Under the pieces are notes generated by a model. The model saw nothing but the letters and a program-made list of their open reading frames with translations. It had not been told where the DNA came from and ran no database searches. A DNA stretch of 64,000 nt from positions 18,501,081 to 18,565,080 of the forward strand of contig OZ037766.1 in the NCBI GenBank assembly GCA_964035545.1, written 5' to 3'. The stretch comes from Bugula neritina. Lineage: Eukaryota > Animalia > Bryozoa. The position numbers were made by a program, and so were the translations under genes. Each line of letters starts with the position of its first letter. The stretch's first letter is position 1. Positions 39,701-55,139 of the stretch are shown here, in pieces.

Positions 39701-40760
39701 AAATTTCAGTATATTACAGTACATTTCCGTAAATTACACTATACTTCAGTGAGTTGTAGTATATTTCAGTATCATGCAGTATATCTCAGTATGTTACAGT
39801 ATATTTCAGTATGTTACAGTATGTTTCAGTGTGTTACAGTATGTTGCAGTATATTTCAGTAGTTTGCAACATATTTCAGTAGGTTACCATATATTTCGGT
39901 ATGTTGCAGCATATTTCAATGTGTTGCAGTGTATTTCAATATGTTACAGTGTATTTCAGTATGTTGCAGTATGTTGCAGTATGATGCAGCATGTTGCAGT
40001 GTATTTCTGTATGTTACAGTGTAATTCAGAATGTTGCAGTATATTTCAGTATGTTACAGTATGTTTCAGTATGTTGCAGTATATTTCAGTGGGTTATAGT
40101 ATATTTCAGTATGATACAGCGTATTTCAGTATGTTACAGTGTATTTCAGTATGTTGCAGTATTTTGCAATATATTTCAGTATGTTACAGCGTATTTCAGT
40201 ATGTTGCAGTATATTTCAGTATGTTACAATAAATTTCAGTATGTTACAGTACATTGCCGTAAATTACACTATACTTCAGTGAGTTGTAGTATATTTCAGT
40301 ATCTTGCAGTATATCTCAGTATGTTACTGTATATTTCAGTATGTTACAGTATATTTCAGTGTGTTACAGTAAATTTCAGTATGTTACAGTGCATTTGCAG
40401 ATATTACACTATACTTTAGTGAGTTTTAGTGTCTTTCAGTATGTTGCAGTATATTTCAGTATGTTGCAGTATTTTGCAATATATATCAGTATGTTACAGT
40501 GTATTTCCGTAAATTACTCTATACTTCAGTGAGTTGTAGTATATTATAGTATCTTGCAGTATATCTCAGTATGTTACAGTATATTTCAGTATGTTACAAT
40601 AAATTTCAGTATGTTACAGTATATTTCCGTAAATTACTCTATACTTCAGTGAGTTGTAGTATATTATAGTATCTTGCAGTATATCTCAGTATGTTACAGT
40701 ATATTTCAGTATGTTACAGTATATTTCAGTTTGTTACAGTAAATTTCAGTATGTTACAGT
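30750..40760 (+). repeat. ~3340-bp HOR domain, second block (units of 3040, 3340 and 3580 bp)
   Basis: ORF-track recurrences 30751/33791/37131/40711 and 32854/36194/39774. Confidence 0.85.
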
Positions 40761-43700
40761 GCATTTGCAGATATTACACTATACTTCAGTGAGTTTTAGT
40801 GTCTTTCAGTATGTTGCAGTATATTTCGGTATCTTGCAACTTATTTCAATGTGTTGCAATGTAATTCAATATGTTACAGTGTATTTCAGTATGTTACAGT
40901 GTATTTCAGTATGTTGCAGTAATTTGCAATATATATCAGTATGTTACAGTGTATTTCAGTACGTTGCAGTATATTTCAGTATGTTACAATAAATTTCAGT
41001 ATGTTACAGTATATTTCCGTAAATTACACTATACTTCAGTGAGTTGTAGTATATTTCAGTATCTTGCAGTATATCTCAGTATGTTACAGTATATTTCAGT
41101 ATGTTACAGTATATTTCAGTTTGTTACAGTAAATTTCAGTATGTTACAGTGCATTTGCAGATATTACACTATACTTCAGTGAGTTTTAGTGTCTTTCATT
41201 ATGTTGCAGTATGTTTCAGTATGTTGCAGTATTTTGCAATACATTTTATTATGTTACAGTGTATTTCAGTATGTTGCAGTATATTTCAGTTTGATACAAT
41301 AAATTTCAGTATGTTACAGTACATTTCCGTAAATTACACTATAATTCAGTGAGTTGTAGTATATTTCAGTATCTTGCAGTATATCTCAGTATGTTACAGT
41401 ATATTTCAGTATGTTGCAGTATATTTCAGCGTGTTTGAGTATATTTCAGTATGACACAGTGCATTTCCAGATATTACGCTATACTTCAGTGAGTTTTAGT
41501 GTCTTTCAGTATGTTGCAGTATATTTCGATATTTTGCAACATATTTCAATACGTTGCAATGTATTTCAATATGTTACAGTGTATTTCAGTATGTTGCAGT
41601 ATGTTGCAATGTATTTCAGTATGTTACAGTGTATTTCAGTAGGTTTCAGTATCTTGCAGTATATTTCAGCATGTTGCAGTATATTTCAGGATGTTGCAGT
41701 ATATTTCAGTATGTTACATTGTTTTGCAGTATTTTGCAGTATATTTCAGTGTGTTACAGTATATTTCATTATGTTGCAGTATGTTGCAGTATATTTCAGT
41801 AGTTTGCAACATATTTCACTAGGTTACCATATATTTCGGTATGTTGCAGCATATTGCAAGGTGTTGCAGTGTATTTCAATATGTTACAGTGTATTTCAGT
41901 ATGTTGCAGTATGTTCCATTATGCTGCAGTGTATTTCTGTATGTTACAGTGTATTTCAGTATGTTGCAGTACATTTCAGTATGTTACAGTATATTTCAGT
42001 ATGTTGCAGTATATTTCAGTGGGTTATAGCATATTTCAGTATGATACAGCGTATTTCGGTATGTTACAGTGTACGTCAGTATGTTGCAGTATTTTGCAAT
42101 ATATTTCAGTATGTTACAGTGTATTTCAGTATGTTGCAGTATATTTCAGTATGTTACAATAAATTTCAGTATGTTACAGTACATTTCCGTAAGTTACACT
42201 ATACTTCAGGTAGTTGTAGTATATTTCAGTAGCTTGCAGTATATCTCAGTATGTTACAGCATATTTCATTGTGTTGCAGTGTATTTCAATATGTTACAGT
42301 GTATTTCAGTATGTTGCAATATGTTGCAGTATGCTGCAGTATGTTGCAGTGTATTTCTGTATTTTACAGTGTATTTCAGTATGTTGCAGTATATTTCAGT
42401 ATGTTACAATAAATTTCAGTATGTTACAGTACATTTCCGTAAGTTACACTATACTTCAGGTAGTTGTAGTATATTTCAGTAGCTTGCAGTATATCTCAGT
42501 ATGTTACAGCATATTTCATTGTGTTGCAGTGTATTTCAATATGTTACAGTGTATTTCAGTATGTTGCAGTATGTTGCAGTATGCTGCAGTATGTTGCAGT
42601 GTATTTCTGTATTTTACAGTGTATTTCAGTATGTTGCAGTATATTTCAGCATGTTACAGTTTATTTCAGTATGTTGCAGTATATTTCAGTGGGTTATAGT
42701 ATATTTCAGTATGATACAGTGTATTTCGGTATGTTACAGTGTATGTCAGTATGTTGCAGCATTTTCCAATGTATTTCAGTATGTTACAGTGTATTTCAGT
42801 ATGTTTCAGTATAATTCAGTATGTTACAATAAATTTCACTATGTTACAGTAGATTTCCGTAAATTACACTATACTTCAGTGAGTTGTAGTATATTTCAGT
42901 ATCTTGCAGTATGTCTCAGTATGTTACAGTATATTTCAGTATCTTACAGTACATTTCCGTAGATTACACTACACTTCAGTGAGTTGTAGTATATTTCAGT
43001 ATCTTGCAGTATATCTCAGTATGTTACAGTATATTTCAGTATGTTACAGTATATTTCAGTGTGTTACAGTAAATTTCAGTATGTTACAGTGCATTTGCAG
43101 ATATTACACTATACTTTAGTGAGTTTTAGTGTCTTTCAGTATCTTGCAGTATATTTCAGTATGTTGCAATATTTTGCAATATATTTTAGTATGGTACAGT
43201 GTATTTCAGTACGTTGCAGTATATTTCAGTATGATACAATAAATTTCAGTGTGTTACAGTACATTTCTGCAAATTACAGTATACTTCAGTGAGTTGTAGT
43301 ATATTTCAGTATCTTGCAGTATATCTCAGTATGTTACAGTTGATTTCAGTATGTTCCAGTATATTTCAGCGTGTTTCAGTATATTTCAGTATGCCACAGT
43401 GCATTTTCAGATTTTTCACTATACTTCAGTGAGTTTTAGTGTCTTTCAGTGTGTTGCAGTATATTTCGGTATCTTGCAACTTATTTCAATGTGTTGCAAT
43501 GTAATTCAATATGTTACAGTGTATTTCAGTATGTTGCAGTATGTTGCAGTGTATTTCAGTATGTTACAGTGTATTTCAGTAGGTTTCAGTATCTTGCAGT
43601 ATATCTCAGTGTGTTGCAGTATATTTCAGTGGGTTACAGTATATTCCAGTATGTTCCAGTATGTTGCAGTCTATTTCAGGATGTTGCAGTGTATTTCATT

Positions 43701-44759
43701 ATGTTACAGTGTATTTCAGTGGTTTGCAACATATTTCAGTAGGTTACCATGTATTTCGGTATGTTGCAGCATATTTCAATGTGTTGCAGTGTATTTCAAT
43801 ATGTTACAGTGTATTTCAGTATGTTGCAGTATGTTGCAGTGTATTTCTGTATGTTACGGTGTAGTTCAGTATGTTGCAGTATATTTCAGTGTGTTACAGT
43901 ATATTTCATTATGTTGCAGTATGTTGCAGTATATTTCAGTAGTTTGCAACATATTTCAGTAGGTTACCATATATTTCGGTATGTTGCAGCATATTTCAAG
44001 GTGTTGCAGTGTATTTCAATATGTTACAGTGTATTTCAGTATGTTGCAGTATGTTCCATTATGCTGCAGTGTATTTCTGTATGTTACAGTGTATTTCAGT
44101 ATGTTGCAGTACATTTCAGTATGTTACAGTATATTTCAGTATGTTGCAGTATATTTCAGTGGGTTATAGCATATTTCAGTATGATACAGCGTATTTCAGT
44201 ATGTTACAGTGTACTTCAGTGTGTTGCAGTATTTTGCAATATATTTCAGTATGTTACAGTGTATTTCAGTATGTTGCAGTATATTTCAGTATGTTACAAT
44301 AAATTTCAGTATGTTAGAGTACATTTCCGTAAGTTACACTATACTTCAGGTAGTTGTTGTATATTTCAGTATCTTGCAGTATATCTCAGTAAGTTACAGC
44401 ATATTTCATTGTGTTGCAGTGTATTTCAATATGTTACAGTGTATTTCAGTATGTTGCAGCATGTTGCAGTATGCTGCAGTATGTTGCAGTGTATTTCTGT
44501 ATTTTACAGTGTATTTCAGTATGTTGCAGTATATTTCAGCATGTTACAGTATATTTCAGTATGTTGCAGTATATTTCAGTGGGTTATAGTATATTTCAGT
44601 ATGATACAGCGTATTTCGGTATGTTACAGTGTATGTCAGTATGTTGCAGTATTTTGCAATGCGTTTCAGTATGTTACAGTGTATTTCAGTATGTTGCAGT
44701 ATATTTCAGTATTTTACAATAAATTTCAGTATATTACAGTACATTTCCGTAAATTACAC

Positions 44760-47700
44760 TATACTTCAGTGAGTTGTAGTATATTTCAGTATCATGCAGT
44801 ATATCTCAGTATGTTACAGTATATTTCAGTATGTTACAGTATGTTTCAGTGTGTTACAGTATGTTGCAGTGTGTTACAGTATGTTGCAGTATATTTCAGT
44901 AGTTTGCAACATATTTCAGTAGGTTACCATATATTTCGGTATGTTGCAGCATATTTCAATGTGTTGCAGTGTATTTCAATATGTTACAGTGTATTTCAGT
45001 ATGTTGCAGTATGTTGCAGTATGATGCAGCATGTTGCAGTGTGTTTCTGTATGTTACAGTGTAATTCAGAATGTTGCAGTATATTTCAGTATGTTACAGT
45101 ATGTTTCAGTATGTTGCAGTATATTTCAGTGGGTTATAGTATATTCCAGTATGATACAGCGTATTTCAGTATGTTACAGTGTATTTCAGTATGTTGCAGT
45201 ATTTTGCAATATATTTTAGTATGTTACAGTGTATTCCAGTACGTTGCAGTATATTTCAGTATGATACAATAAATTTCAGTGTGTTACAGTACATTTCTGC
45301 AAATTACACTATGCTTCAGTGAGTTGTAGTATATTCCAGTATCTTGCAGTATATCTCAGTATGTTACAGTTTATTTCAGTATGTTCCAGTATATTTCAGC
45401 GTGTTTGAGTATATTTCAGTATGCCACAGTGCATTTTCAGATTATTCACTATACTTCAGTGAGTTTTAGTGTCTTTCAGTATGTTGCAGTATATTTCGGT
45501 ATCTTGCAACTTATTTCAATGTGTTGCAATGTAATTCAATATGTTACAGTGTATTTCAGTATGTTACAGTGTATTTCCGTAAATTACACTATACTTCAGT
45601 GAGTTGTAGTATATTTCAGTATCATGCAGTATATCTCAATATGTTACAGTATATTTCAGTATGTTACAGTATGTTTCAGTGTGTTACAGTATGTTGCAGT
45701 ATATTTCAGTAGTTTGCAACATATTTCAGTAGGTTACCATATATTTCGGTATGTTGCAGCATATTTCAATGTGTTGCAGTGTATTTCAATATTTTACAGT
45801 GTATTTCAGTATGTTGCAGTATGTTGTAATGTATTTCAGTATGTTACAGTGTATTTCAGTATCTTACAGTACATTTCCGTAAATTACACTACACTTCAGT
45901 GAGTTGTAGTATATTTCAGTATCTTGCAGTATATCTCAGTATGTTACAGTATATTTCAGTATGTTACAGTATATCTCAGTGTGTTACAGTAAATTTCAGT
46001 ATGTTACAGTGCATTTGCAGATATTACACTATACTTTAGTGAGTTTTAGTGTCTTTCAGTATCTTGCAGTATGTTTCAGTATGTTGCAATATTTTGCAAT
46101 ATATTTTTGTATGTTACAGTGTATTTCAGTACGTTGCAGTATATTTCAGTATGATACAATAAATTTCAGTGTGTTACAGTACATTTCTGCAAATTACACT
46201 ATACTTCAGGGAGTTGTAGTATATTTCAGTATCTTGCAGTATATCTCAGTATGTTACAGTTGATTTCAGTATGTTCCAGTATATTTCAGCGTGTTTCAGT
46301 ATATTTCAGTATGCCACAGTGCATTTTCAGATTTTTCACTATACTTCAGTGAGCTTTAGTGTCTTTCAATATGTTGCAGTATATTTCGGTATCTTGCAAC
46401 TTATTTCAATGTGTTGCAATGTAATTCAATATGTTACAGTGTATTTCAGTATGCTACAGTGTATTTCAGTATGTTGCAGTATTTTGCAATATATATCAGT
46501 ATGTTACAGTGTATTTCAGTATGTTGCAGTATATTTCAGTATGTTACAATAAATTTCAGTATGTTACAGTATATTTCCGTTAATTACACTATACTTCAGT
46601 GAGTTGTAGTATATTTCAGTATCTTGCAGTATATCTCAGTATGTTACAGTATATTTCAGTATGTTACAGTATATTTCAGTTTGTTACAGTAAATTTCAGT
46701 ATGTTACAGTGCATTTGCAGATATTACACTATACTTCAGTGAGTTTTAGTGTCTTTCATTATGTTGCAGTATATTTCAGTATGTTGCAGTATTTTGCAAT
46801 ACATTTTATTATGTTACAGTGTATTTCAGTATGTTGCAGTATATTTCAGTTTGATACAATAAATTTCAGTATGTTACAGTACATTTCCGTAAATTACACT
46901 ATACTTCAGTGAGTTGTAGTATATTTCAGTATCTTGCAGTATATCTCAGTATGTTACAGTATATTTCAGTATGTTGCAGTATATTTCAGCGTGTTTGAGT
47001 ATATTTCAGTATGACACAGTGCATTTCCAGATATTACGCTATACTTCAGTGAGTTTTAGTGTCTTTCAGTATGTTGCAGTATATTTCGGTATTTTGCAAC
47101 ATATTTCAATATGTTGCAATGTATTTCAATATGTTACAGTGTATTTCAGTATGTTGCAGTATGTTGCAATGTATTTCAGTATGTTACAGTGTATTTCAGT
47201 AGGTTTCAGTATCTTGCAGTATATTTCAGCATGTTGCAGTATATTTCAGGATGTTGCAGTACATTTCAGTATGTTACAGTGTTTTGCAGTATTTTGCAGT
47301 ATATTTCAGTGTGTTACAGTATATTTCATTATGTTGCAGTATGTTGCAGTATATTTCAGTAGTTTGCAACATATTTCAGTAGGTTACCATATATTTCGGT
47401 ATGTTGCAGCATATTTCAAGGTGTTGCAGTGTATTTCAATATGTTACAGTGTATTTCAGTATGTTGCAGTATGTTCCATTATGCTGCAGTGTATTTCTGT
47501 ATGTTACAGTGTATTTCAGTATGTTGCAGTACATTTCAGTATGTTACAGTATATTTCAGTATGTTGCAGTATATTTCAGTGGGTTATAGCATATTTCAGT
47601 ATGATACAGCGTATTTCAGTATGTTACAGTGTACTTCAGTATGTTGCAGTATTTTGCAATATATTTCAGTATGTTACAGTGTATTTCAGTATGTTGCAGT

Positions 47701-50700
47701 ATATTTCAGTATGTTACAATGAATTTCAGTATGTTACAGTACATTTCCGTAAGTTACACTATACTTCAGTGAGTTGTAGTATATTTCAGTATCATGCAGT
47801 ATATCTCAGTATGTTACAGTATATTTCAGTATGTTACAGTATGTTTCAGTGTGTTACAGTATGTTGCAGTATATTTCAGTAGTTTGCAACATATTTCAGT
47901 AGGTTACCATATATTTCGGTATGTTGCAGCATATTTCAATGTGTTGCAGTGTATTTCAATATGTTACAGTGTATTTCAGTATGTTGCAGTATGTTGCAGT
48001 ATGATGCAGCATGTTGCAGTGTATTTCTGTATGTTACAGTGCAATTCAGAATGTTGCAGTATATTTCAGTATGTTACAGTATATTTCAGTATGTTGCAGT
48101 ATATTTCAGTGGGTTATAGCATATTTCAGTATGATACAGCGTATTTCAGTATGTTACAGTGTACTTCAGTATGTTGCAGTATTTTGCAATATATTTCAGT
48201 ATGTTACAGTGTATTTCAGTATGTTGCAGTATATTTCAGTATGTTACAATGAATTTCAGTATGTTACAGTACATTTCCGTAAGTTACACTATACTTCAGT
48301 GAGTTGTAGTATATTTCAGTATCATGCAGTATATCTCAGTATGTTACAGTATATTTCAGTATGTTACAGTATGTTTCAGTGTGTTACAGTATGTTGCAGT
48401 ATATTTCAGTAGTTTGCAACATATTTCAGTAGGTTACCATATATTTCGGTATGTTGCAGCATATTTCAATGTGTTGCAGTGTATTTCAATATGTTACAGT
48501 GTATTTCAGTATGTTGCAGTATGTTGCAGTATGATGCAGCATGTTGCAGTGTATTTCTGTATGTTACAGTGCAATTCAGAATGTTGCAGTATATTTCAGT
48601 ATGTTACAGTATGTTTCAGTATGTTGCAGTATATTTCAGTGGGTTATAGTATATTTCAGTATGATACAGCGTATTTCAGTATGTTACAGTGTATTTCAGT
48701 ATGTTGCAGTATTTTGCAATATATTTTAGTATGTTACAGTGTATTCCAGTACGTTGCAGTATATTTCAGTATGATACAATAAATTTCAGTGTGTTACAGT
48801 ACATTTCTGCAAATTACACTATGCTTCAGTGAGTTGTAGTATATTCCAGTATCTTGCAGTATATCTCAGTATGTTACAGTTTATTTCAGTATGTTCCAGT
48901 ATATTTCAGCGTGTTTCAGTATATTTCAGTATGCCACAGTGCATTTTCAGATTATTCACTATACTTCAGTGAGTTTTAGTGTCTTTCAGTATGTTGCAGT
49001 ATATTTCGGTATCTTGCAACTTATTTCAATGTGTTGCAATGTAATTCAATATGTTACAGTGTATTTCAGTATGTTACAGTGTATTTCCGTAAATTACACT
49101 ATACTTCAGTGAGTTGTAGTATATTTCAGTATCATGCAGTATATCTCAATATGTTACAGTATATTTCAGTATGTTACAGTATGTTTCAGTGTGTTACAGT
49201 ATGTTGCAGTATATTTCAGTAGTTTGCAACATATTTCAGTAGGTTACCATATATTTCGGTATGTTGCAGCATATTTCAATGTGTTGCAGTGTATTTCAAT
49301 ATTTTACAGTGTATTTCAGTATGTTGCAGTATGTTGCAATGTATTTCAGTATGTTACAGTGTATTTCAGTATCTTACAGTACATTTCCGTAAATTACACT
49401 ACACTTCAGTGAGTTGTAGTATATTTCAGTATCTTGCAGTATATCTCAGTATGTTACAGTATATTTCAGTATGTTACAGTATATCTCAGTGTGTTACAGT
49501 AAATTTCAGTATGTTACAGTGCATTTGCAGATATTACACTATACTTTAGTGAGTTTTAGTGTCTTTCAGTATCTTGCAGTATGTTTCAGTATGTTGCAAT
49601 ATTTTGCAATATATTTTTGTATGTTACAGTGTATTTCAGTACGTTGCAGTATATTTCAGTATGATACAATAAATTTCAGTGTGTTACAGTACATTTCTGC
49701 AAATTACACTATACTTCAGTGAGTTGTAGTATATTTCAGTATCTTGCAGTATATCTCAGTATGTTACAGTTGATTTCAGTATGTTCCAGTATATTTCAGC
49801 GTGTTTCAGTATATTTCAGTATGCCACAGTGCATTTTCAGATTTTTCACTATACTTCAGTGAGTTTTAGTGTCTTTCAGTATGTTGCAGTATATTTCGGT
49901 ATCTTGCAACTTATTTCAATGTGTTGCAATGTAATTCAATATGTTACAGTGTATTTCAGTATGCTACAGTGTATTTCAGTATGTTGCAGTATTTTGCAAT
50001 ATATATCAGTATGTTACAGTGTATTTCAGTATGTTGCAGTATATTTCAGTATGTTACAATAAATTTCAGTATGTTACAGTATATTTCCGTAAATTACACT
50101 ATACTTCAGTGAGTTGTAGTATATTTCAGTATCTTGCAGTATATCTCAGTATGTTACAGTATATTTCAGTATATTACAGTATATTTCAGTTTGTTACAGT
50201 AAGTTTCAGTATGTTACAGTGCATTTGCAGATATTACACTATACTTCAGTGAGTTTTAGTGTCTTTCATTATGTTGCAGTATATTTCAGTATGTTGCAGT
50301 ATTTTGCAATACATTTTATTATGTTACAGTGTATTTCAGTATGTTGCAGTATATTTCAGTTTGATACAATAAATTTCAGTATGTTACAGTACATTTCCGT
50401 AAATTACACTATACTTCAGTGAGTTGTAGTATATTTCAGTATCTTGCAGTATATCTCAGTATGTTACAGTATATTTCAGTATGTTGCAGTATATTTCAGC
50501 GTGTTTGAGTATATTTCAGTATGACACAGTGCATTTCCAGATATTACGCTATACTTCAGTGAGTTTTAGTGTCTTTCAGTATGTTGCAGTATATTTCGGT
50601 ATTTTGCAACATATTTCAATATGTTGCAATGTATTTCAATATGTTACAGTGTATTTCAGTATGTTGCAGTATGTTGCAATGTATTTCAGTATGTTACAGT

Positions 50701-53700
50701 GTATTTCAGTAGGTTTCAGTATCTTGCAGTATATTTCAGCATGTTGCAGTATATTTCAGGATGTTGCAGTACATTTCAGTATGTTACAGTGTTTTGCAGT
50801 ATTTTGCAGTATATTTCAGTGTGTTACAGTATATTTCATTATGTTGCAGTATGTTGCAGTATATTTCAGTAGTTTGCAACATATTTCAGTAGGTTACCAT
50901 ATATTTCGGTATGTTGCAGCATATTTCAAGGTGTTGCAGTGTATTTCAATATGTTACAGTGTATTTCAGTATGTTGCAGTATGTTCCATTATGCTGCAGT
51001 GTATTTCTGTATGTTACAGTGTATTTCAGTATGTTGCAGTACATTTCAGTATGTTACAGTATATTTCAGTATGTTGCAGTATATTTCAGTGGGTTATAGC
51101 ATATTTCAGTATGATACAGCGTATTTCAGTATGTTACAGTGTACTTCAGTATGTTGCAGTATTTTGCAATATATTTCAGTATGTTACAGTGTATTTCAGT
51201 ATGTTGCAGTATATTTCAGTATGTTACAATGAATTTCAGTATGTTACAGTACATTTCCGTAAGTTACACTATACTTCAGTGAGTTGTAGTATATTTCAGT
51301 ATCATGCAGTATATCTCAGTATGTTACAGTATATTTCAGTATGTTACAGTATGTTTCAGTGTGTTACAGTATGTTGCAGTATATTTCAGTAGTTTGCAAC
51401 ATATTTCAGTAGGTTACCATATATTTCGGTATGTTGCAGCATATTTCAATGTGTTGCAGTGTATTTCAATATGTTACAGTGTATTTCAGTATGTTGCAGT
51501 ATGTTGCAGTATGTTGCAGCATGTTGCAGTGTATTTCTGTATGTTACAGTGTAATTCAGAATGTTGCAGTATATTTCAGTATGTTACAGTATGTTTCAGT
51601 ATGTTGCAGTATATTTCAGTGGGTTATAGTATATTTCAGTATGATACAGCGTATTTCAGTATGTTACAGTGTATTTCAGTATGTTGCAGTATTTTGCAAT
51701 ATATTTTAGTATGTTACAGTGTATTCCAGTACGTTGCAGTATATTTCAGTATGATACAATAAATTTCAGTGTGTTACAGTACATTTCTGCAAATTACACT
51801 ATGCTTCAGTGAGTTGTAGTATATTCCAGTATCTTGCAGTATATCTCAGTATGTTACAGTTTATTTCAGTATGTTCCAGTATATTTCAGCGTGTTTCAGT
51901 ATATTTCAGTATGCCACAGTGCATTTTCAGATTATTCACTATACTTCAGTGAGTTTTAGTGTCTTTCAGTATGTTGCAGTATATTTCGGTATCTTGCAAC
52001 TTATTTCAATGTGTTGCAATGTAATTCAATATGTTACAGTGTATTTCAGTATGTTACAGTGTATTTCCGTAAATTACACTATACTTCAGTGAGTTGTAGT
52101 ATATTTCAGTATCATGCAGTATATCTCAATATGTTACAGTATATTTCAGTATGTTACAGTATGTTTCAGTGTGTTACAGTATGTTGCAGTATATTTCAGT
52201 AGTTTGCAACATATTTCAGTAGGTTACCATATATTTCGGTATGTTGCAGCATATTTCAATGTGTTGCAGTGTATTTCAATATTTTACAGTGTATTTCAGT
52301 ATGTTGCAGTATGTTGCAATGTATTTCAGTATGTTACAGTGTATTTCAGTATCTTACAGTACATTTCCGTAAATTACACTACACTTCAGTGAGTTGTAGT
52401 ATATTTCAGTATCTTGCAGTATATCTCAGTATGTTACAGTATATTTCAGTATGTTACAGTATATCTCAGTGTGTTACAGTAAATTTCAGTATGTTACAGT
52501 GCATTTGCAGATATTACACTATACTTTAGTGAGTTTTAGTGTCTTTCAGTATCTTGCAGTATGTTTCAGTATGTTGCAATATTTTGCAATATATTTTTGT
52601 ATGTTACAGTGTATTTCAGTACGTTGCAGTATATTTCAGTATGATACAATAAATTTCAGAGTGTTACAGTACATTTCTGCAAATTACACTATACTTCAGT
52701 GAGTTGTAGTATATTTCAGTATCTTGCAGTATATCTCAGTATGTTACAGTTGATTTCAGTATGTTCCAGTATATTTCAGCGTGTTTCAGTATATTTCAGT
52801 ATGCCACAGTGCATTTTCAGATTTTTCACTATACTTCAGTGAGTTTTAGCGTCTTTCAGTATGTTGCAGTATATTTCGGTATCTTGCAACTTATTTCAAT
52901 GTGTTGCAATGTAATTCAATATGTTACAGTGTATTTCAGTATGCTACAGTGTATTTCAGTATGTTGCAGTATTTTGCAATATATATCAGTATGTTACAGT
53001 GTATTTCAGTATGTTGCAGTATATTTCAGTATGTTACAATAAATTTCAGTATGTTACAGTATATTTCCGTAAATTACACTATACTTCAGTGAGTTGTAGT
53101 ATATTTCAGTATCTTGCAGTATATCTCAGTATGTTACAGTATATTTCAGTATGTTACAGTATATTTCAGTTTGTTACAGTAAGTTTCAGTATGTTACAGT
53201 GCATTTGCAGATATTACACTATACTTCAGTGAGTTATAGTGTCTTTCATTATGTTGCAGTATATTTCAGTATGTTGCAGTATTTTGCAATACATTTTATT
53301 ATGTTACAGTGTATTTCAGTATGTTGCAGTATATTTCAGTTTGATACAATAAATTTCAGTATGTTACAGTACATTTCCGTAAATTACACTATACTTCAGT
53401 GAGTTGTAGTATATTTCAGTATCTTGCAGTATATCTCAGTATGTTACAGTATATTTCAGTATGTTGCAGTATATTTCAGCGTGTTTGAGTATATTTCAGT
53501 ATGACACAGTGCATTTCCAGATATTACGCTATACTTCAGTGAGTTTTAGTGTCTTTCAGTATGTTGCAGTATATTTCGGTATTTTGCAACATATTTCAAT
53601 ATGTTGCAATGTATTTCAATATGTTACAGTGTATTTCAGTATGTTGCAGTATGTTGCAATGTATTTCAGTATGTTACAGTGTATTTCAGTAGGTTTCAGT

Positions 53701-54230
53701 ATCTTGCAGTATATTTCAGCATGTTGCAGTATATTTCAGGATGTTGCAGTATATTTCAGTATGTTACAGTGTTTTGCAGTATTTTGCAGTATATTTCAGT
53801 GTGTTACAGTATATTTCATTATGTTGCAGTATGTTGCAGTATATTTCAGTAGTTTGCAACATATTTCAGTAGGTTACCATATATTTCGGTATGTTGCAGC
53901 ATATTTCAAGGTGTTGCAGTGTATTTCAATATGTTACAGTGTATTTCAGTATGTTGCAGTATGTTCCATTATGCTGCAGTGTATTTCTGTATGTTACAGT
54001 GTATTTCAGTATGTTGCAGTACATTTCAGTATGTTACAGTATATTTCAGTATGTTGCAGTATATTTCAGTGGGTTATAGCATATTTCAGTATGATACAGC
54101 GTATTTCAGTATGTTACAGTGTACTTCAGTATGTTGCAGTATTTTGCAATATATTTCAGTATGTTACAGTGTATTTCAGTATGTTGCAGTATATTTCAGT
54201 ATGTTTCAATGAATTTCAGTATGTTACAGT
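44760..54230 (+). repeat. 2980-bp HOR domain (~3 copies; one copy is 3510 bp because of an internal 530-bp duplication)
   Basis: Marker atgcttcagt at 45311, 48821 and 51801; marker atatttttgt at 46101, 49611 and 52591. The 530-bp duplicate is marked by gcaattcaga at 48041 and 48571. Confidence 0.88.
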
Positions 54231-55139
54231 ACATTTCCGTAAGTTACACTATACTTCAGGTAGTTGTAGTATATTTCAGTATCTTGCAGTATATCTCAGT
54301 ATGTTACAGCATATTTCATTGTGTTGCAGTGTATTTCAATATGTTACAGTGTATTTCAGTATGTTGCAGTATGTTGCAGTATGCTGCAGTATGTTGCAGT
54401 GTATTTCTGTATTTTACAGTGTATTTCAGTATGTTGCAGTATATTTCAGCATGTTACAGTATATTTCAGTATGTTGCAGTATATTTCAGTGGGTTATAGT
54501 ATATTTCAGTATGATACAGCGTATTTTGGTATGTTACAGTGTATGTCAGTATGTTGCAGTATTTTCCAATGTATTTCAGTATGTTACAGTGTATTTCAGT
54601 ATGTTGCAGTATAATTCAGTATGTTACAATAAATTTCAGTATGTTACAGTACATTTCCGTAAATTACACTATACTTCAGTGAGTTGTAGTATATTTCAGT
54701 ATCTTGCAGTATATCTCAGTATGTTACAGTATATTTCAGTATGTTACAGTATATTTGAGTGTGTTACAGTAAATTTCAGTATGTTACAGTGCATTTGCAG
54801 ATATTACACTATACTTTAGTGAGTTTTAGTGTCTTTCAGTATCTTGCAGTATATTTCAGTATGTTGCAATATTTTGCAATATATTTTAGTATGTTACAGT
54901 GTATTTCAGTACGTTGCAGTATATTTCAGTATGATACAATAAATTTCAGTGTGTTACAGTACATTTCTGCAAATTACACTATACTTCAGTGAGTTGTAGT
55001 ATATTTCAGTATCTTGCAGTATATCTCAGTATGTTACAGTTGATTTCAGTATGTTCCAGTATATTTCAGCGTGTTTCAGTATATTTCAGTATGCCACAGT
55101 GCATTTTCAGATTTTTCACTATACTTCAGTGAGTTTTAG

